This document shows, piece by piece, positions 29,484 to 38,716 of a stretch of 63,530 nucleotides of DNA. Each line of letters opens with the position of its first letter. Positions within the stretch are counted from its first letter, which is position 1. The DNA comes from Caldisericota bacterium (GTDB taxonomy: Bacteria; Caldisericota; Caldisericia; Caldisericales; Caldisericaceae), in contig QMOQ01000001.1 in NCBI GenBank assembly GCA_003650285.1, forward strand, positions 1 through 63,530, written 5' to 3'. Under the pieces are notes generated by a model. It made no database searches and was not told the origin of the DNA. It saw nothing but the letters and a program-made list of their open reading frames with translations. The position numbers were made by a program, and so were the translations under genes.

Positions 29484-30146
29484 TTAAGAAAGTTTTGTTT
29501 TATTTACTTCCAAACGAAACTCACAATCTAAAACTGATGCTGCTTTTCTACACATAACCATTCGCGTAAGAAATATTTCAAAAAATTCCATTACCTGGCA
29601 AATTTTTATATCAATATTTAAATTAAGGGAGATTTCTTTTTTCTCCTGATCCACAAAAATACTCGATTTTACAACAGCAAAGTTTACACGATCATGTATG
29701 TCAAAAGTTGCAGGATTTGAATTTCTTACCCTGCTTCTGTGGACATCTGCTTTGTCAGCTAACACAACAGCTGCTGTTATAGGGTTTGTAGCGATACCGG
29801 AAGGCTCTTCATGATTTGCAATTGCTTCACCCACAGCTGCAATTTCGTTCATGTCGCCATCCATTTCTTCAAGTACTCGCATAGCAAGAATGGCCCCATT
29901 CTGAGGATGATTTTCTCTGCCAAGGAAATTGCCCATATCATGCATCCATCCAGCAATGGCAGCGAGTTCAACTTCTCGTTTTGGAAACCCTGTTTTCTTT
30001 AATATCTTAAAAGCAAGATCTGCTGTTATGCCAACATGCCTGAATCCATGTTCAGTATACCCTATTTCATCAAGATAGTCATCGGCTTTTTTAATATATA
30101 TTTTCACTTTTTCATTATTTTTTACATCTTTAAGATAAATTCTCAT
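29484..30146 (-). CDS. HD-domain phosphohydrolase
   Basis: H...HD metal motifs are present (HGFRHV, WMHDMGN). Confidence 0.7.
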   Translation of the reverse strand: MRIYLKDVKNNEKVKIYIKKADDYLDEIGYTEHGFRHVGITADLAFKILKKTGFPKREVELAAIAGWMHDMGNFLGRENHPQNGAILAMRVLEEMDGDMNEIAAVGEAIANHEEPSGIATNPITAAVVLADKADVHRSRVRNSNPATFDIHDRVNFAVVKSSIFVDQEKKEISLNLNIDIKICQVMEFFEIFLTRMVMCRKAASVLDCEFRLEVNKTKLS

Positions 30147-30721
30147 TCTCTGTTCTTCAGAAAATCTTTTAATTTATCAAAATCTTCTTTCAGTGTGCCT
30201 TTCAAAGCTCCATGATAAAGAACAGCAGCAGGGTGGTACATAGGCATAAATGTAAAACCATCCTTTTTAATAACAGTTCCGTGTATCTTGCCAATGCTAA
30301 GCTCAGAAGAAATCAAAGTTTTAAGAGGCGTATTTCCTAATGTGCAGATTACTTCTGGTTGTACAAGAGCTATCTGCGCTATAAGGTATGGCTTACAAGC
30401 ATCTACCTCTAAGGGAAGCGGGACTCTATTATTTGGTGGACGGCATTTTACAATATTCCCAATAAATACGTCTTCTCTTTTAAGATCAATGCCTGTTAAT
30501 AACTCATCCAAAAATTTACCTGCAGCTCCAACAAATGGGCGTCCTGTTAAATCTTCTTGCTTGCCAGGACCTTCGCCGATAAAAAAAATACGAGCATTTA
30601 TAGATCCTTCACCTGGTACAGGCAACGTTCTTGTCTTATAAAGAGAACATTTGTTGCAACTACTTATGTTGTTGGAAATCTCATTAAAAAGTTGATTCTT
30701 CACTCTACAGATCTCCGACAA
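30143..30721 (-). CDS. Uracil-DNA glycosylase, family 4
   Basis: The family-4 motifs are present (CNKCSL Fe-S Cys, GEGPGKQEDLTGRPFVGAAG). The start is uncertain. Candidates are TTG 30760 (track), TTG 30721 (7 nt after AGAGGA, chosen here) and GTG 30703. Confidence 0.8.
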   Translation of the reverse strand: MSEICRVKNQLFNEISNNISSCNKCSLYKTRTLPVPGEGSINARIFFIGEGPGKQEDLTGRPFVGAAGKFLDELLTGIDLKREDVFIGNIVKCRPPNNRVPLPLEVDACKPYLIAQIALVQPEVICTLGNTPLKTLISSELSIGKIHGTVIKKDGFTFMPMYHPAAVLYHGALKGTLKEDFDKLKDFLKNRE

Positions 30722-31943
30722 GTACTTTTCCTCTTTTACTTGAGGAAGTATCCCTGGCAAATGTCAAAAATTCATCAAATCGAACTGACTCCACTTCTTG
30801 CATAAGCGTCTTTATACTCTTTACTTTTCCTTGAAACATGCCCTGCATACCATTTCTTTGCATACGTCCGCTGCTGCTTTCCAGCCCAAGAACTAAATTC
30901 CCAAGAATATATTCCCTGACATCCTGAAATTCTTCCTTTGATAACCCTTTCACCCGAATATTATCAATCTCTTTGTTTATGATGTTTTCTACTTTTTCGA
31001 TATTTTCGGGAAGTGCCGAAGCATAAATAGTCGTCCCACCAGTATCGGAAAAATTAACCGGATACGCATAAACAGTATAAACAAGCCCGGATTTTTCTCT
31101 CAGTTTTTGAAAAAGCCTGGAAGACATATTGCCTCCAAGGATCGTTGTGTACATAGATTGAAGAATGCTGCGCCTACTAAATGATTTTTCTCCTTTTAAA
31201 GTGATAGCCAGATGAATCTGTGCTCCATCCTTTTTAAATAATCTCTTCTGAAACAAAAAAGTAGGCAGTTCGTTAAAAGTATCAATCTTGCTCCCGTGAG
31301 GCATATTAGAAAAATATTCTTCTATATAATTGCTTATCGTTTTTTTATCGATGTTCCCGACAACAGAAACAAAAATATTCTCCTTGTTAAACGAATTATT
31401 GAACCATTTCAGTAAATCTGAACGTTTTAATTTTTCTACTGTTTCCTTCTCCCCAAGAGGGTTATTAGCTATTGAGTTATTGCCCCATATAGATCTAAGT
31501 ACCTCCGCTTGGCAAATATCCTGCGGTGTATCATAATACTCATTGATTTCTTCCATTATTACTGCTCTTTCTCTATTTAAAAGAGTTTTATTAAAAAGAG
31601 GATTAATTAAAATATCTGATAGAATATCAAACCCTTTCTTGGCATGCTTGCTAAGAAGTTTTGTGTAAAAAAGAGAATATTCCGAAGATGTATAAGCGTT
31701 CAAGCTGCCACCAAGACGTTCTATTTCATGTGATACTTGAAACGATGAACGCCTTTTAGTTCCCTTAAAAACTGCATGTTCAATAAAATGAGCTATGCCA
31801 AGTTCATTCTTACGTTCGTAGCGGCTTCCGGATTTTACAAACACACCGATTATCACCGAAGGAAATGACTTATTCTCTTCAATAAAATACCGTATGCCGC
31901 TTGAAGTTTTATCTACAGAAAAATATTCTTTACTTTTTGTCAT
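30705..31943 (-). CDS. M16-family zinc peptidase (pitrilysin/insulinase-like)
   Basis: The inverted zinc motif HxxEH is present (GIAHFIEHAVFKGT). It lies downstream of pnp, a common arrangement. Confidence 0.85.
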   Translation of the reverse strand: MTKSKEYFSVDKTSSGIRYFIEENKSFPSVIIGVFVKSGSRYERKNELGIAHFIEHAVFKGTKRRSSFQVSHEIERLGGSLNAYTSSEYSLFYTKLLSKHAKKGFDILSDILINPLFNKTLLNRERAVIMEEINEYYDTPQDICQAEVLRSIWGNNSIANNPLGEKETVEKLKRSDLLKWFNNSFNKENIFVSVVGNIDKKTISNYIEEYFSNMPHGSKIDTFNELPTFLFQKRLFKKDGAQIHLAITLKGEKSFSRRSILQSMYTTILGGNMSSRLFQKLREKSGLVYTVYAYPVNFSDTGGTTIYASALPENIEKVENIINKEIDNIRVKGLSKEEFQDVREYILGNLVLGLESSSGRMQRNGMQGMFQGKVKSIKTLMQEVESVRFDEFLTFARDTSSSKRGKVLVGDL

Positions 31944-34032
31944 TTCCTTTTTGAGATGAGTTTTTCTCTAATCCCTTCCTTGTAAGTTGAATCTTGCCAT
32001 TGTCTTCCACTTTCATCACTTTTACCCTTATTTCATCTCCTATTTTAATCTCTTTGTTGATATCTTTTACAAATTTGTCTGACAATTGAGAAACGTGAAG
32101 AAGTCCCACCGAATTTGGCAGAATCTGTACAAAAGCACCAAAATTTTTAATATCCACCACTTTACCAGTATATATTTTATTCGCCTCTGGTTCTTCAAGT
32201 AGGCCAATTATTTGAGCTCTTATCTGCTCGCCTATCTCTCCATCAGGAGCACTAATATATACTGTTCCGTCAGGTTCAATATTAACATCCGACTCTGTTT
32301 CTCCAATGATGCCTTTGATTGTTTTGCCACCAGGACCTATGAGTAAACCAATTTTATCTGGGCTAATTTTTATCGTAAAAATGCGCGGTGCATATGGAGA
32401 AATCTCTTCCCTTGGTTCAGGAAGAACACTCAGCATCTTCTCTAATATGAAAAGCCTTGCATCTTTTGCCTGACTCAAAGCTTCTTTTAAAATTTCAAGT
32501 TTAATGCCTTTTAGTTTAATGTCCATTTGAAGTGCAGTTATTCCATCTTTAGTTCCAGTAACCTTAAAATCCATATCTCCAAAATGATCTTCTGCCCCTT
32601 GAATATCAGTAAGAATAGCATACCGTTCTCCTTCACTGACGAGACCCATTGCAATACCTGCAACAGCCTTTTTGATGGGGACACCAGCATCCATAAGTGC
32701 AAGAGTAGATCCACAAGTAGCTGCCATTGATGAAGAACCATTCGACTCGAGTACCTCGGAAATAACCCTTATTGTATAGGGAAACTCTTCTTCAGAAGGC
32801 AGTACTGGCAATAAAGCTCTTTCAGCAAGTGCACCGTGGCCAATTTCTCTCCTGCTGGGGCCCCTCATAGGCCTTACTTCACCTACCGAAAATGATGGGA
32901 AGTTATAGTAATGCATATATCGTTTTTTAAATTCCGGCTCAAGAGACTCTATAAGCTGTCCTGCTCCCTGAGCACCAAGCGTTGCAATAGATAAAACCTG
33001 CGTTTGTCCTCTTGTAAAGAGTCCGCTGCCATGCGTATGCTCCAACAATCCTACTTCTATGCTTATATCTCGTATTTCGTTGAATTTTCTACCGTCTACC
33101 CTTATTCCTTCCAGCGTGCGTTTTCTAAAATCTTTTTCTAAAAGTTCATCGAAAATATAGTTGATATCCGTTTCCTTTTCGGGATTTTCTTCTAATGCTT
33201 CTTTTATAATTTCTTCTTTCATATCATCCAGAGCTTTTTCCCTTTGAAGTTTTTCGGTACTCTGTGAAACAGCTTCAATTTTAGAAAAGAATAAAGAAGC
33301 AACAGTCTCTTTCAAAGACTCATCAACTGTAATTTTAGGTACCGTAATTTTCTCTTTCCCTATCGCTTCTCTCAAATCTTCTTGAATGAGAGCAAGTTTT
33401 TTAATCTCAGGAATTGCAAATTCTATTGCAGCAGTCATTTGATCTTCTGAAATCTCATTTGCTCCAGCTTCAACCATCAAAAGAGCATCTTTTGTCCCGG
33501 CAATGCTTAAATTTAAATCGCTTTCTTTCAATTCTTTTTCTAATGGATTTACCACGAATTTACCGTCAATAAAACCAACTTTAACAGCACCCACAGCTTC
33601 GGTAAATGGTTCATCCGAAATAAGCGATGCTGCTGAAGCAGCGCTGAGAGCAAGTATTTCCGGAGAAATCTCCCCTCCAGAAGAAAGAACATACGCAATA
33701 ATTTGAACAGGTCTCCTAAACTGCCCAGGAAACAAGGGACGTAATGCCCTATCTATAAGCCTTGAACTAAGCGTCTCTTTTTCAGATGGTCTTCCTCCTC
33801 TTTTGAAAAATCCACCCGGAATTTTGCCTGCAGCATACATTTTTTCCGAATATAGTACAGTGAGTGGGAAAAAATCCATCGGCTCCGAAGATTCTTTTCC
33901 CATGGTAGATACTGCTAACACAACAGTCCCGCCGCAAGAGGCAACCACTGCACCACCTGCCTGCTTTGCTACTCTGCCTACTTCAAACTTAACGCTTTTT
34001 CCGCTAATTTCAATCTCTTTAGCTATAATCAT
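31930..34032 (-). CDS. pnp: Polyribonucleotide nucleotidyltransferase (PNPase)
   Basis: 700 aa with two RNase PH domains, KH and S1 (GKVVDIKNFGAFV). Confidence 0.95.
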   Translation of the reverse strand: MIIAKEIEISGKSVKFEVGRVAKQAGGAVVASCGGTVVLAVSTMGKESSEPMDFFPLTVLYSEKMYAAGKIPGGFFKRGGRPSEKETLSSRLIDRALRPLFPGQFRRPVQIIAYVLSSGGEISPEILALSAASAASLISDEPFTEAVGAVKVGFIDGKFVVNPLEKELKESDLNLSIAGTKDALLMVEAGANEISEDQMTAAIEFAIPEIKKLALIQEDLREAIGKEKITVPKITVDESLKETVASLFFSKIEAVSQSTEKLQREKALDDMKEEIIKEALEENPEKETDINYIFDELLEKDFRKRTLEGIRVDGRKFNEIRDISIEVGLLEHTHGSGLFTRGQTQVLSIATLGAQGAGQLIESLEPEFKKRYMHYYNFPSFSVGEVRPMRGPSRREIGHGALAERALLPVLPSEEEFPYTIRVISEVLESNGSSSMAATCGSTLALMDAGVPIKKAVAGIAMGLVSEGERYAILTDIQGAEDHFGDMDFKVTGTKDGITALQMDIKLKGIKLEILKEALSQAKDARLFILEKMLSVLPEPREEISPYAPRIFTIKISPDKIGLLIGPGGKTIKGIIGETESDVNIEPDGTVYISAPDGEIGEQIRAQIIGLLEEPEANKIYTGKVVDIKNFGAFVQILPNSVGLLHVSQLSDKFVKDINKEIKIGDEIRVKVMKVEDNGKIQLTRKGLEKNSSQKGNDKK

Positions 34033-34033
34033 A

Positions 34034-34300
34034 TTATGCTCTCAACTTAAGATCCTTAACGATCTTATTGTACCGCTTTTTATCAACATTCTTCAAATAA
34101 TTTAGAAGCCTTCTCCGCTCGCCAACCATTTTAAACAAACCACGCCTTGAGGTATAATCTTGTTTGAATGTTTGCAAGTGCTTGGTAAGCTTAGAAATTC
34201 TACTTGTGAGAAGCGCTATCTGAACCTCAGGAGAACCAGTGTCTCCATCATGTCGTTGAAATCTTTTGATGATTTCTTCTTTTTCGTCTTTTGTAATCAT
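34034..34300 (-). CDS. rpsO: 30S ribosomal protein S15
   Basis: 88 aa. The S15 signature is present ([13 protein letters not shown]...[15 protein letters not shown]). Confidence 0.95.
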   Translation of the reverse strand: MITKDEKEEIIKRFQRHDGDTGSPEVQIALLTSRISKLTKHLQTFKQDYTSRRGLFKMVGERRRLLNYLKNVDKKRYNKIVKDLKLRA

Positions 34301-34385
34301 AAATCCTCCTTAAATTATTATATTTTCGCTTTTATCGAAGGTTGTCGTCGGAGCCTCGATATTCCTCGTTAAAAGTCAAAATATA

Positions 34386-35318
34386 TTATACACATTTATT
34401 GAAGTTATGCAAACGAAAATAAATCTTTGCTTCTCTTACATCTTGATGAATTTGTTCAATTAGATTCTGCGGTTTGTCAAATTTTTTTTCATCACGTATT
34501 CTCTTTAAAAAGTGTAACTTCACATCAGTCCCATAAAGATCTTTCTTTTCATCTATAAAATATATTTCTACTTTTAGTTGATCATTTTTTCCAAATGTAG
34601 GGTTAAACCCCACATTTGTGACAGATTGAAAAAACTTACCTCCTGTTTCTGCAAGAGTGATATAAACTCCAACTGGTGGAAGCAACTTGCTTCCATTCTT
34701 ATACGCAATATTCGCAGTAGGGAACCCCAGCAAGCGCCCTACACCTCTCCCTTTTACCACATCCCCTGAAATAAAAAACATATATCCCAAAAAAGCATTT
34801 GCCGTTTCTATTTTGCCATTCATAATAAGCTGATGTATAAAAGAGCTTGAAACTGTCTTACCATTAATATCAAACAAAGAAATAGAATATACATCGATGC
34901 CAAATGGTTTTGCAAGTTTTTTCAGGTAAGTCACATTACCAGTCCGCCTATATCCAAACCTGAAATCTTCGCCTACAACAATACCTTTTGCATTTACTTT
35001 TTGAACTATTTCTTTTTTAAAAAATTCTTCGGGAGATAATTTCATAAATTTATTGCACATTTCTACAACATAAGTACATTGTATACCGTTTTCCCTAAGA
35101 AGAAATAGTTTTTCTTCAAGCAGTGTGAGAAATTTTCTTTTCATTTCCTTTATAGGATGGCTATAGAAAGTATAAACGAAAGGAGTTGTATTTTTCATCT
35201 TTGCAACTTTTATTGTTTCTTCAATAAGCAATTGATGGCCTCTATGCACGCCATCAAACATACCTATTGTAACTACGGTGTTTTCTTTAACGGAATCACC
35301 ATATTTATATATCTTCAT
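34386..35318 (-). CDS. ribF: Bifunctional riboflavin kinase / FMN adenylyltransferase
   Basis: The GMFDGVHRGHQ motif and the C-terminal riboflavin kinase motif (GFPTANI) are present. Confidence 0.9.
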   Translation of the reverse strand: MKIYKYGDSVKENTVVTIGMFDGVHRGHQLLIEETIKVAKMKNTTPFVYTFYSHPIKEMKRKFLTLLEEKLFLLRENGIQCTYVVEMCNKFMKLSPEEFFKKEIVQKVNAKGIVVGEDFRFGYRRTGNVTYLKKLAKPFGIDVYSISLFDINGKTVSSSFIHQLIMNGKIETANAFLGYMFFISGDVVKGRGVGRLLGFPTANIAYKNGSKLLPPVGVYITLAETGGKFFQSVTNVGFNPTFGKNDQLKVEIYFIDEKKDLYGTDVKLHFLKRIRDEKKFDKPQNLIEQIHQDVREAKIYFRLHNFNKCV

Positions 35319-36156
35319 TCAACACCTTTTCGGGATGTACTTTACCATCTTTATACCTACCAATGCCTATAAAAACTCCCTTTTCATCTCTGACAACAAC
35401 TTTATCTACAGTAATATCTAAGCCGTTCTTAAACCGGTCTGCTTCTTTTACAAAAAACACGGGTAGATCAATTGCTTGATCGGCAGCCAAAAAACCTTTA
35501 TCAAAATTACCGCTCTTAATTCTTCCAAAAGTAGTAGCATCGCTAATACAAAATCTTCCAATAGAAAGCCGCGTAATAGCAGAAAGAGTAGCAAAAGTGC
35601 CTAATGCTCTTCCCATATCTCTTGCAATAGACCTCATATATGTTCCCTTCGAACAAGTAATATCAAGCACAAGTTTGTTACAATGGAAAGAAATAATTGA
35701 CATTTTATGTATTTCTACCTGACAGGGCTTCTTTTTAATAATTTCTCCCTGTCTTGCGTATTTGTAAAAAGGTTTTCCTTTAAATTTTTTTGCCGAATAG
35801 TCCGGAGGAATCTGCTCTATTATACCAATGAATTGATCCAGGACTCTTTTTATTTCTTCGATAGTCACGACAGAATCTTTTTGATTTATTATGCTGCCAG
35901 TAATATCGTCAGTATCCGTCTCAATTCCAAATTGAATCTGTATTACATATCTTTTTTCATCCGTATCAATATAAGGAATAAAACGTGTAGCACTGTTCAG
36001 AACAACAATCATAAGCCCCGTAGCCATAGGGTCAAGTGTTCCTATATGGCCTGCCTTTTTGGCGTTAAGGATTTTTTTCACTCTATTTGTAATAGCAAAA
36101 GAAGTAAGACCAAATGGTTTAGCAATTAATAAAATATTTTTTCCCAATATATCCAT
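35305..36156 (-). CDS. truB: tRNA pseudouridine(55) synthase
   Basis: The TruB motifs are present (KPFGLTSF, GHIGTLDPMATG). The track start at 36177 is TTG. The first ATG is 36156. Confidence 0.9.
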   Translation of the reverse strand: MDILGKNILLIAKPFGLTSFAITNRVKKILNAKKAGHIGTLDPMATGLMIVVLNSATRFIPYIDTDEKRYVIQIQFGIETDTDDITGSIINQKDSVVTIEEIKRVLDQFIGIIEQIPPDYSAKKFKGKPFYKYARQGEIIKKKPCQVEIHKMSIISFHCNKLVLDITCSKGTYMRSIARDMGRALGTFATLSAITRLSIGRFCISDATTFGRIKSGNFDKGFLAADQAIDLPVFFVKEADRFKNGLDITVDKVVVRDEKGVFIGIGRYKDGKVHPEKVLNEDI

Positions 36157-36619
36157 TATGCAATCCAACCTTTTCAAGTTTAAGCATCTTGATTTTATTA
36201 TCTATCCCACCAGAAAATCCACCAATTTCTCCATTGCTTCTTACAACCCTGTGGCAGGGGATAATTATAGGAAGAGGATTATTTCTCATAGCCGTTCCAA
36301 CAAGTCTGGCATATCTTTTGTCACCAAAAACTGCACTGGAGATACCACCGTAAGAAGAAACTTTGCCGTATGGTATGTTTTGCACTTCCTTAAAAATTGG
36401 CATAAATTTTGAATAAAATGCAGACACCTGATATTTCAGTGCACCAGCGCTTCCCTTCCAATATTCTTTAATAGAAAAATTAAGCTCTACGTTGTTTTGA
36501 AATGTGCAATGATTAACAAATGTAATTTTTAATATAATTCCAGATTTCTCTTCTACCTTCAATAAAATATCATAGAAATTAATGCAATATACCCCATCAT
36601 TCATTATTTGCGGATTCAA
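36119..36619 (-). CDS. ogt: Methylated-DNA--protein-cysteine methyltransferase
   Basis: The active-site motif IIPCHRVV is present in the C-terminal domain. Confidence 0.8.
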   Translation of the reverse strand: MNPQIMNDGVYCINFYDILLKVEEKSGIILKITFVNHCTFQNNVELNFSIKEYWKGSAGALKYQVSAFYSKFMPIFKEVQNIPYGKVSSYGGISSAVFGDKRYARLVGTAMRNNPLPIIIPCHRVVRSNGEIGGFSGGIDNKIKMLKLEKVGLHNGYIGKKYFINC

Positions 36620-37796
36620 TAGTAACGCTTACAGATTCTGGCTGTACTATGGAAATTACAACGGCTTTAGGTATGCCTTCGATTGTAACGGGTAATTGAT
36701 ATGTGCCATCAGTAATGCCGGTGGCATCTACAACAGGAACAATGGTAAGAACATCAATAGAGTTAATGTCTTCTTCAAAGCCAGAAACAATCACTTCAAC
36801 TTTCTCGGGATGAGCTTTACCCACGAGATCGTCGTCTGTTTTAACAATAATAGTTAGGGTAAACTTTTTCCCTATGATAGGCTTTACTTCAATTTTTATT
36901 TTACAATGGTCAGCACCAATAATATTCACTCCTTCCGGCACGATAAGCAAGGGTTCAAATTCAGTAGATTTTGTGATATCACCTATATTTAAAACATCAG
37001 TAGTGATATAAGAAACATCGGATAAAGACAGAAAATCACCAGATATAGAAATAACGGCTGGCTCTACTGAAATAGATTTTATTCCAAACCCTTTAAAAAC
37101 AGTACCATTAAGGTTGGGAACAATAGGCACTATTTTTGCAACAGTAACACTGCTCTGAGAAACCTTAACCATACAACTAATGGGACTAACCTGCACATCT
37201 ACTATATTTTCCCCATCTTTTCCAAATATTTTCACGGGAAGAGTTAAATTCGTTTCTTCTTTGATTCCTGTAAGGTCAATTTGAATAAATACTTCTTTGA
37301 TGCTGGCTAACACACTTTCAGGACCAGTAATACTTGCTTTATCAGGAGTAATGATGGGTGTCCCAGGAAGAAAACCTTCTTCTGCTTCACCGCTAAATTT
37401 TACAGCTATCGGCATAATAATTGTAGTTAATTTTTCAAGGCTTACTCTCGCTTTTTCAGGAGATACTTTTTCTATTGTCACTCCCGTAAGAGGAGATTTT
37501 GCATCAACATCTACATAATATTCACCAAGTGTTTTGCTAGAAAGATCAATCAATGCAGTAAAATCCTGCTCTTTTAGACCAAGGATTAATCTGCTCGGTC
37601 CTCCAGCGGTAACATTTACATAATCTGTTTTATTTTTAATAACCACACCAGGTTCCATATTTATCGCCACCACGGGTACCTTAAATGTGCGCACTACAGT
37701 AGGTCCTTGCACGCCTGCCACATAATACCATATTAATATGGCAAGTATAATCGAAATAACCTTTATATTAAAAATTTTCAAAAAAAATTTTTTCAT
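36597..37796 (-). CDS. cdaR: YbbR-domain protein (CdaA regulator CdaR)
   Basis: An N-terminal TM is followed by repeated YbbR-like beta domains. It lies directly downstream of cdaA. ATG 37796 is 1 nt after the cdaA stop. Confidence 0.8.
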   Translation of the reverse strand: MKKFFLKIFNIKVISIILAILIWYYVAGVQGPTVVRTFKVPVVAINMEPGVVIKNKTDYVNVTAGGPSRLILGLKEQDFTALIDLSSKTLGEYYVDVDAKSPLTGVTIEKVSPEKARVSLEKLTTIIMPIAVKFSGEAEEGFLPGTPIITPDKASITGPESVLASIKEVFIQIDLTGIKEETNLTLPVKIFGKDGENIVDVQVSPISCMVKVSQSSVTVAKIVPIVPNLNGTVFKGFGIKSISVEPAVISISGDFLSLSDVSYITTDVLNIGDITKSTEFEPLLIVPEGVNIIGADHCKIKIEVKPIIGKKFTLTIIVKTDDDLVGKAHPEKVEVIVSGFEEDINSIDVLTIVPVVDATGITDGTYQLPVTIEGIPKAVVISIVQPESVSVTIESANNE

Positions 37797-37797
37797 T

Positions 37798-38643
37798 CTA
37801 CTTGCGTATTTCCTCCTTTTCGGACCATGTCGGTTTTGCCATAACAAGCAACATGCCGCGGAGTTCTAATGGACTAAGATAACGGGTTAATTTTCCTTTT
37901 ATTGCAAGAGAGATAATGCCTGTCTGCTCAGAAACAACTATTGACAAAGCATCTGTCTCAGCTGTTATACCTACAGCTGCTCTGTGTCTTGTGCCAACTT
38001 CCTCTTTATCAAGTGATTCATCAAGAGAAAGAGGAAGTATGCAGCGTGCGGCCTCTATTCTCAGATCTTTGATAATTACAGCACCGTCATGAAGAGATGT
38101 ATTAGGATAAAAAATTGTATTAAGTAATTCCGCCTTCACAAATGATTTGATAGGTACACCCGTTTCTATATATTCTAGCAAAGGCGTGCCTCTCTCTATT
38201 ACAATTAAAGCACCCATTTTATTGAGTGATAAAAATTTTACACTTTTTATTATTTCGTCAACGATACTTTGAAAATCTTCCATGCTAATAAGCTCCATTT
38301 TTTCACCAATAACAATTCCCTTTCCCAGTCCTGTAAACCATTTTCTCAGCTCTGGTTGAAATACAACGACAAAAAGAATCGGAAGAAATGTCACAGAAAA
38401 TTGAAGCAAGCCGTTCATTACATAACCTACCGTAACAAGACGAATCGAGTTAGTTACCTTTGCTAAAATTATCAAAGCAATAAAATAGACAGCAATACCT
38501 TCTGCAAGTTGCAATGTTCTAGTATGCTGAATAGCGCGTAACACAAAATAAATAACCATACTTACTATAAGAATGTCAACGATAGCAAGTGCAACATACT
38601 TTGCATTAAAATTAGCAATCATAAAATTAATCATTTCGTTCAT
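37798..38643 (-). CDS. cdaA: Diadenylate cyclase CdaA
   Basis: Three N-terminal TMs are followed by the DAC domain motifs (DGAVII, GTRHRAA). Confidence 0.9.
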   Translation of the reverse strand: MNEMINFMIANFNAKYVALAIVDILIVSMVIYFVLRAIQHTRTLQLAEGIAVYFIALIILAKVTNSIRLVTVGYVMNGLLQFSVTFLPILFVVVFQPELRKWFTGLGKGIVIGEKMELISMEDFQSIVDEIIKSVKFLSLNKMGALIVIERGTPLLEYIETGVPIKSFVKAELLNTIFYPNTSLHDGAVIIKDLRIEAARCILPLSLDESLDKEEVGTRHRAAVGITAETDALSIVVSEQTGIISLAIKGKLTRYLSPLELRGMLLVMAKPTWSEKEEIRK

Positions 38644-38716
38644 TAATATGTTTTACCAAAATTTTATATTTTTTGCAAGAATAAACGCTTATAAAAATGC
38701 TGTTTTCCTTCAATAA

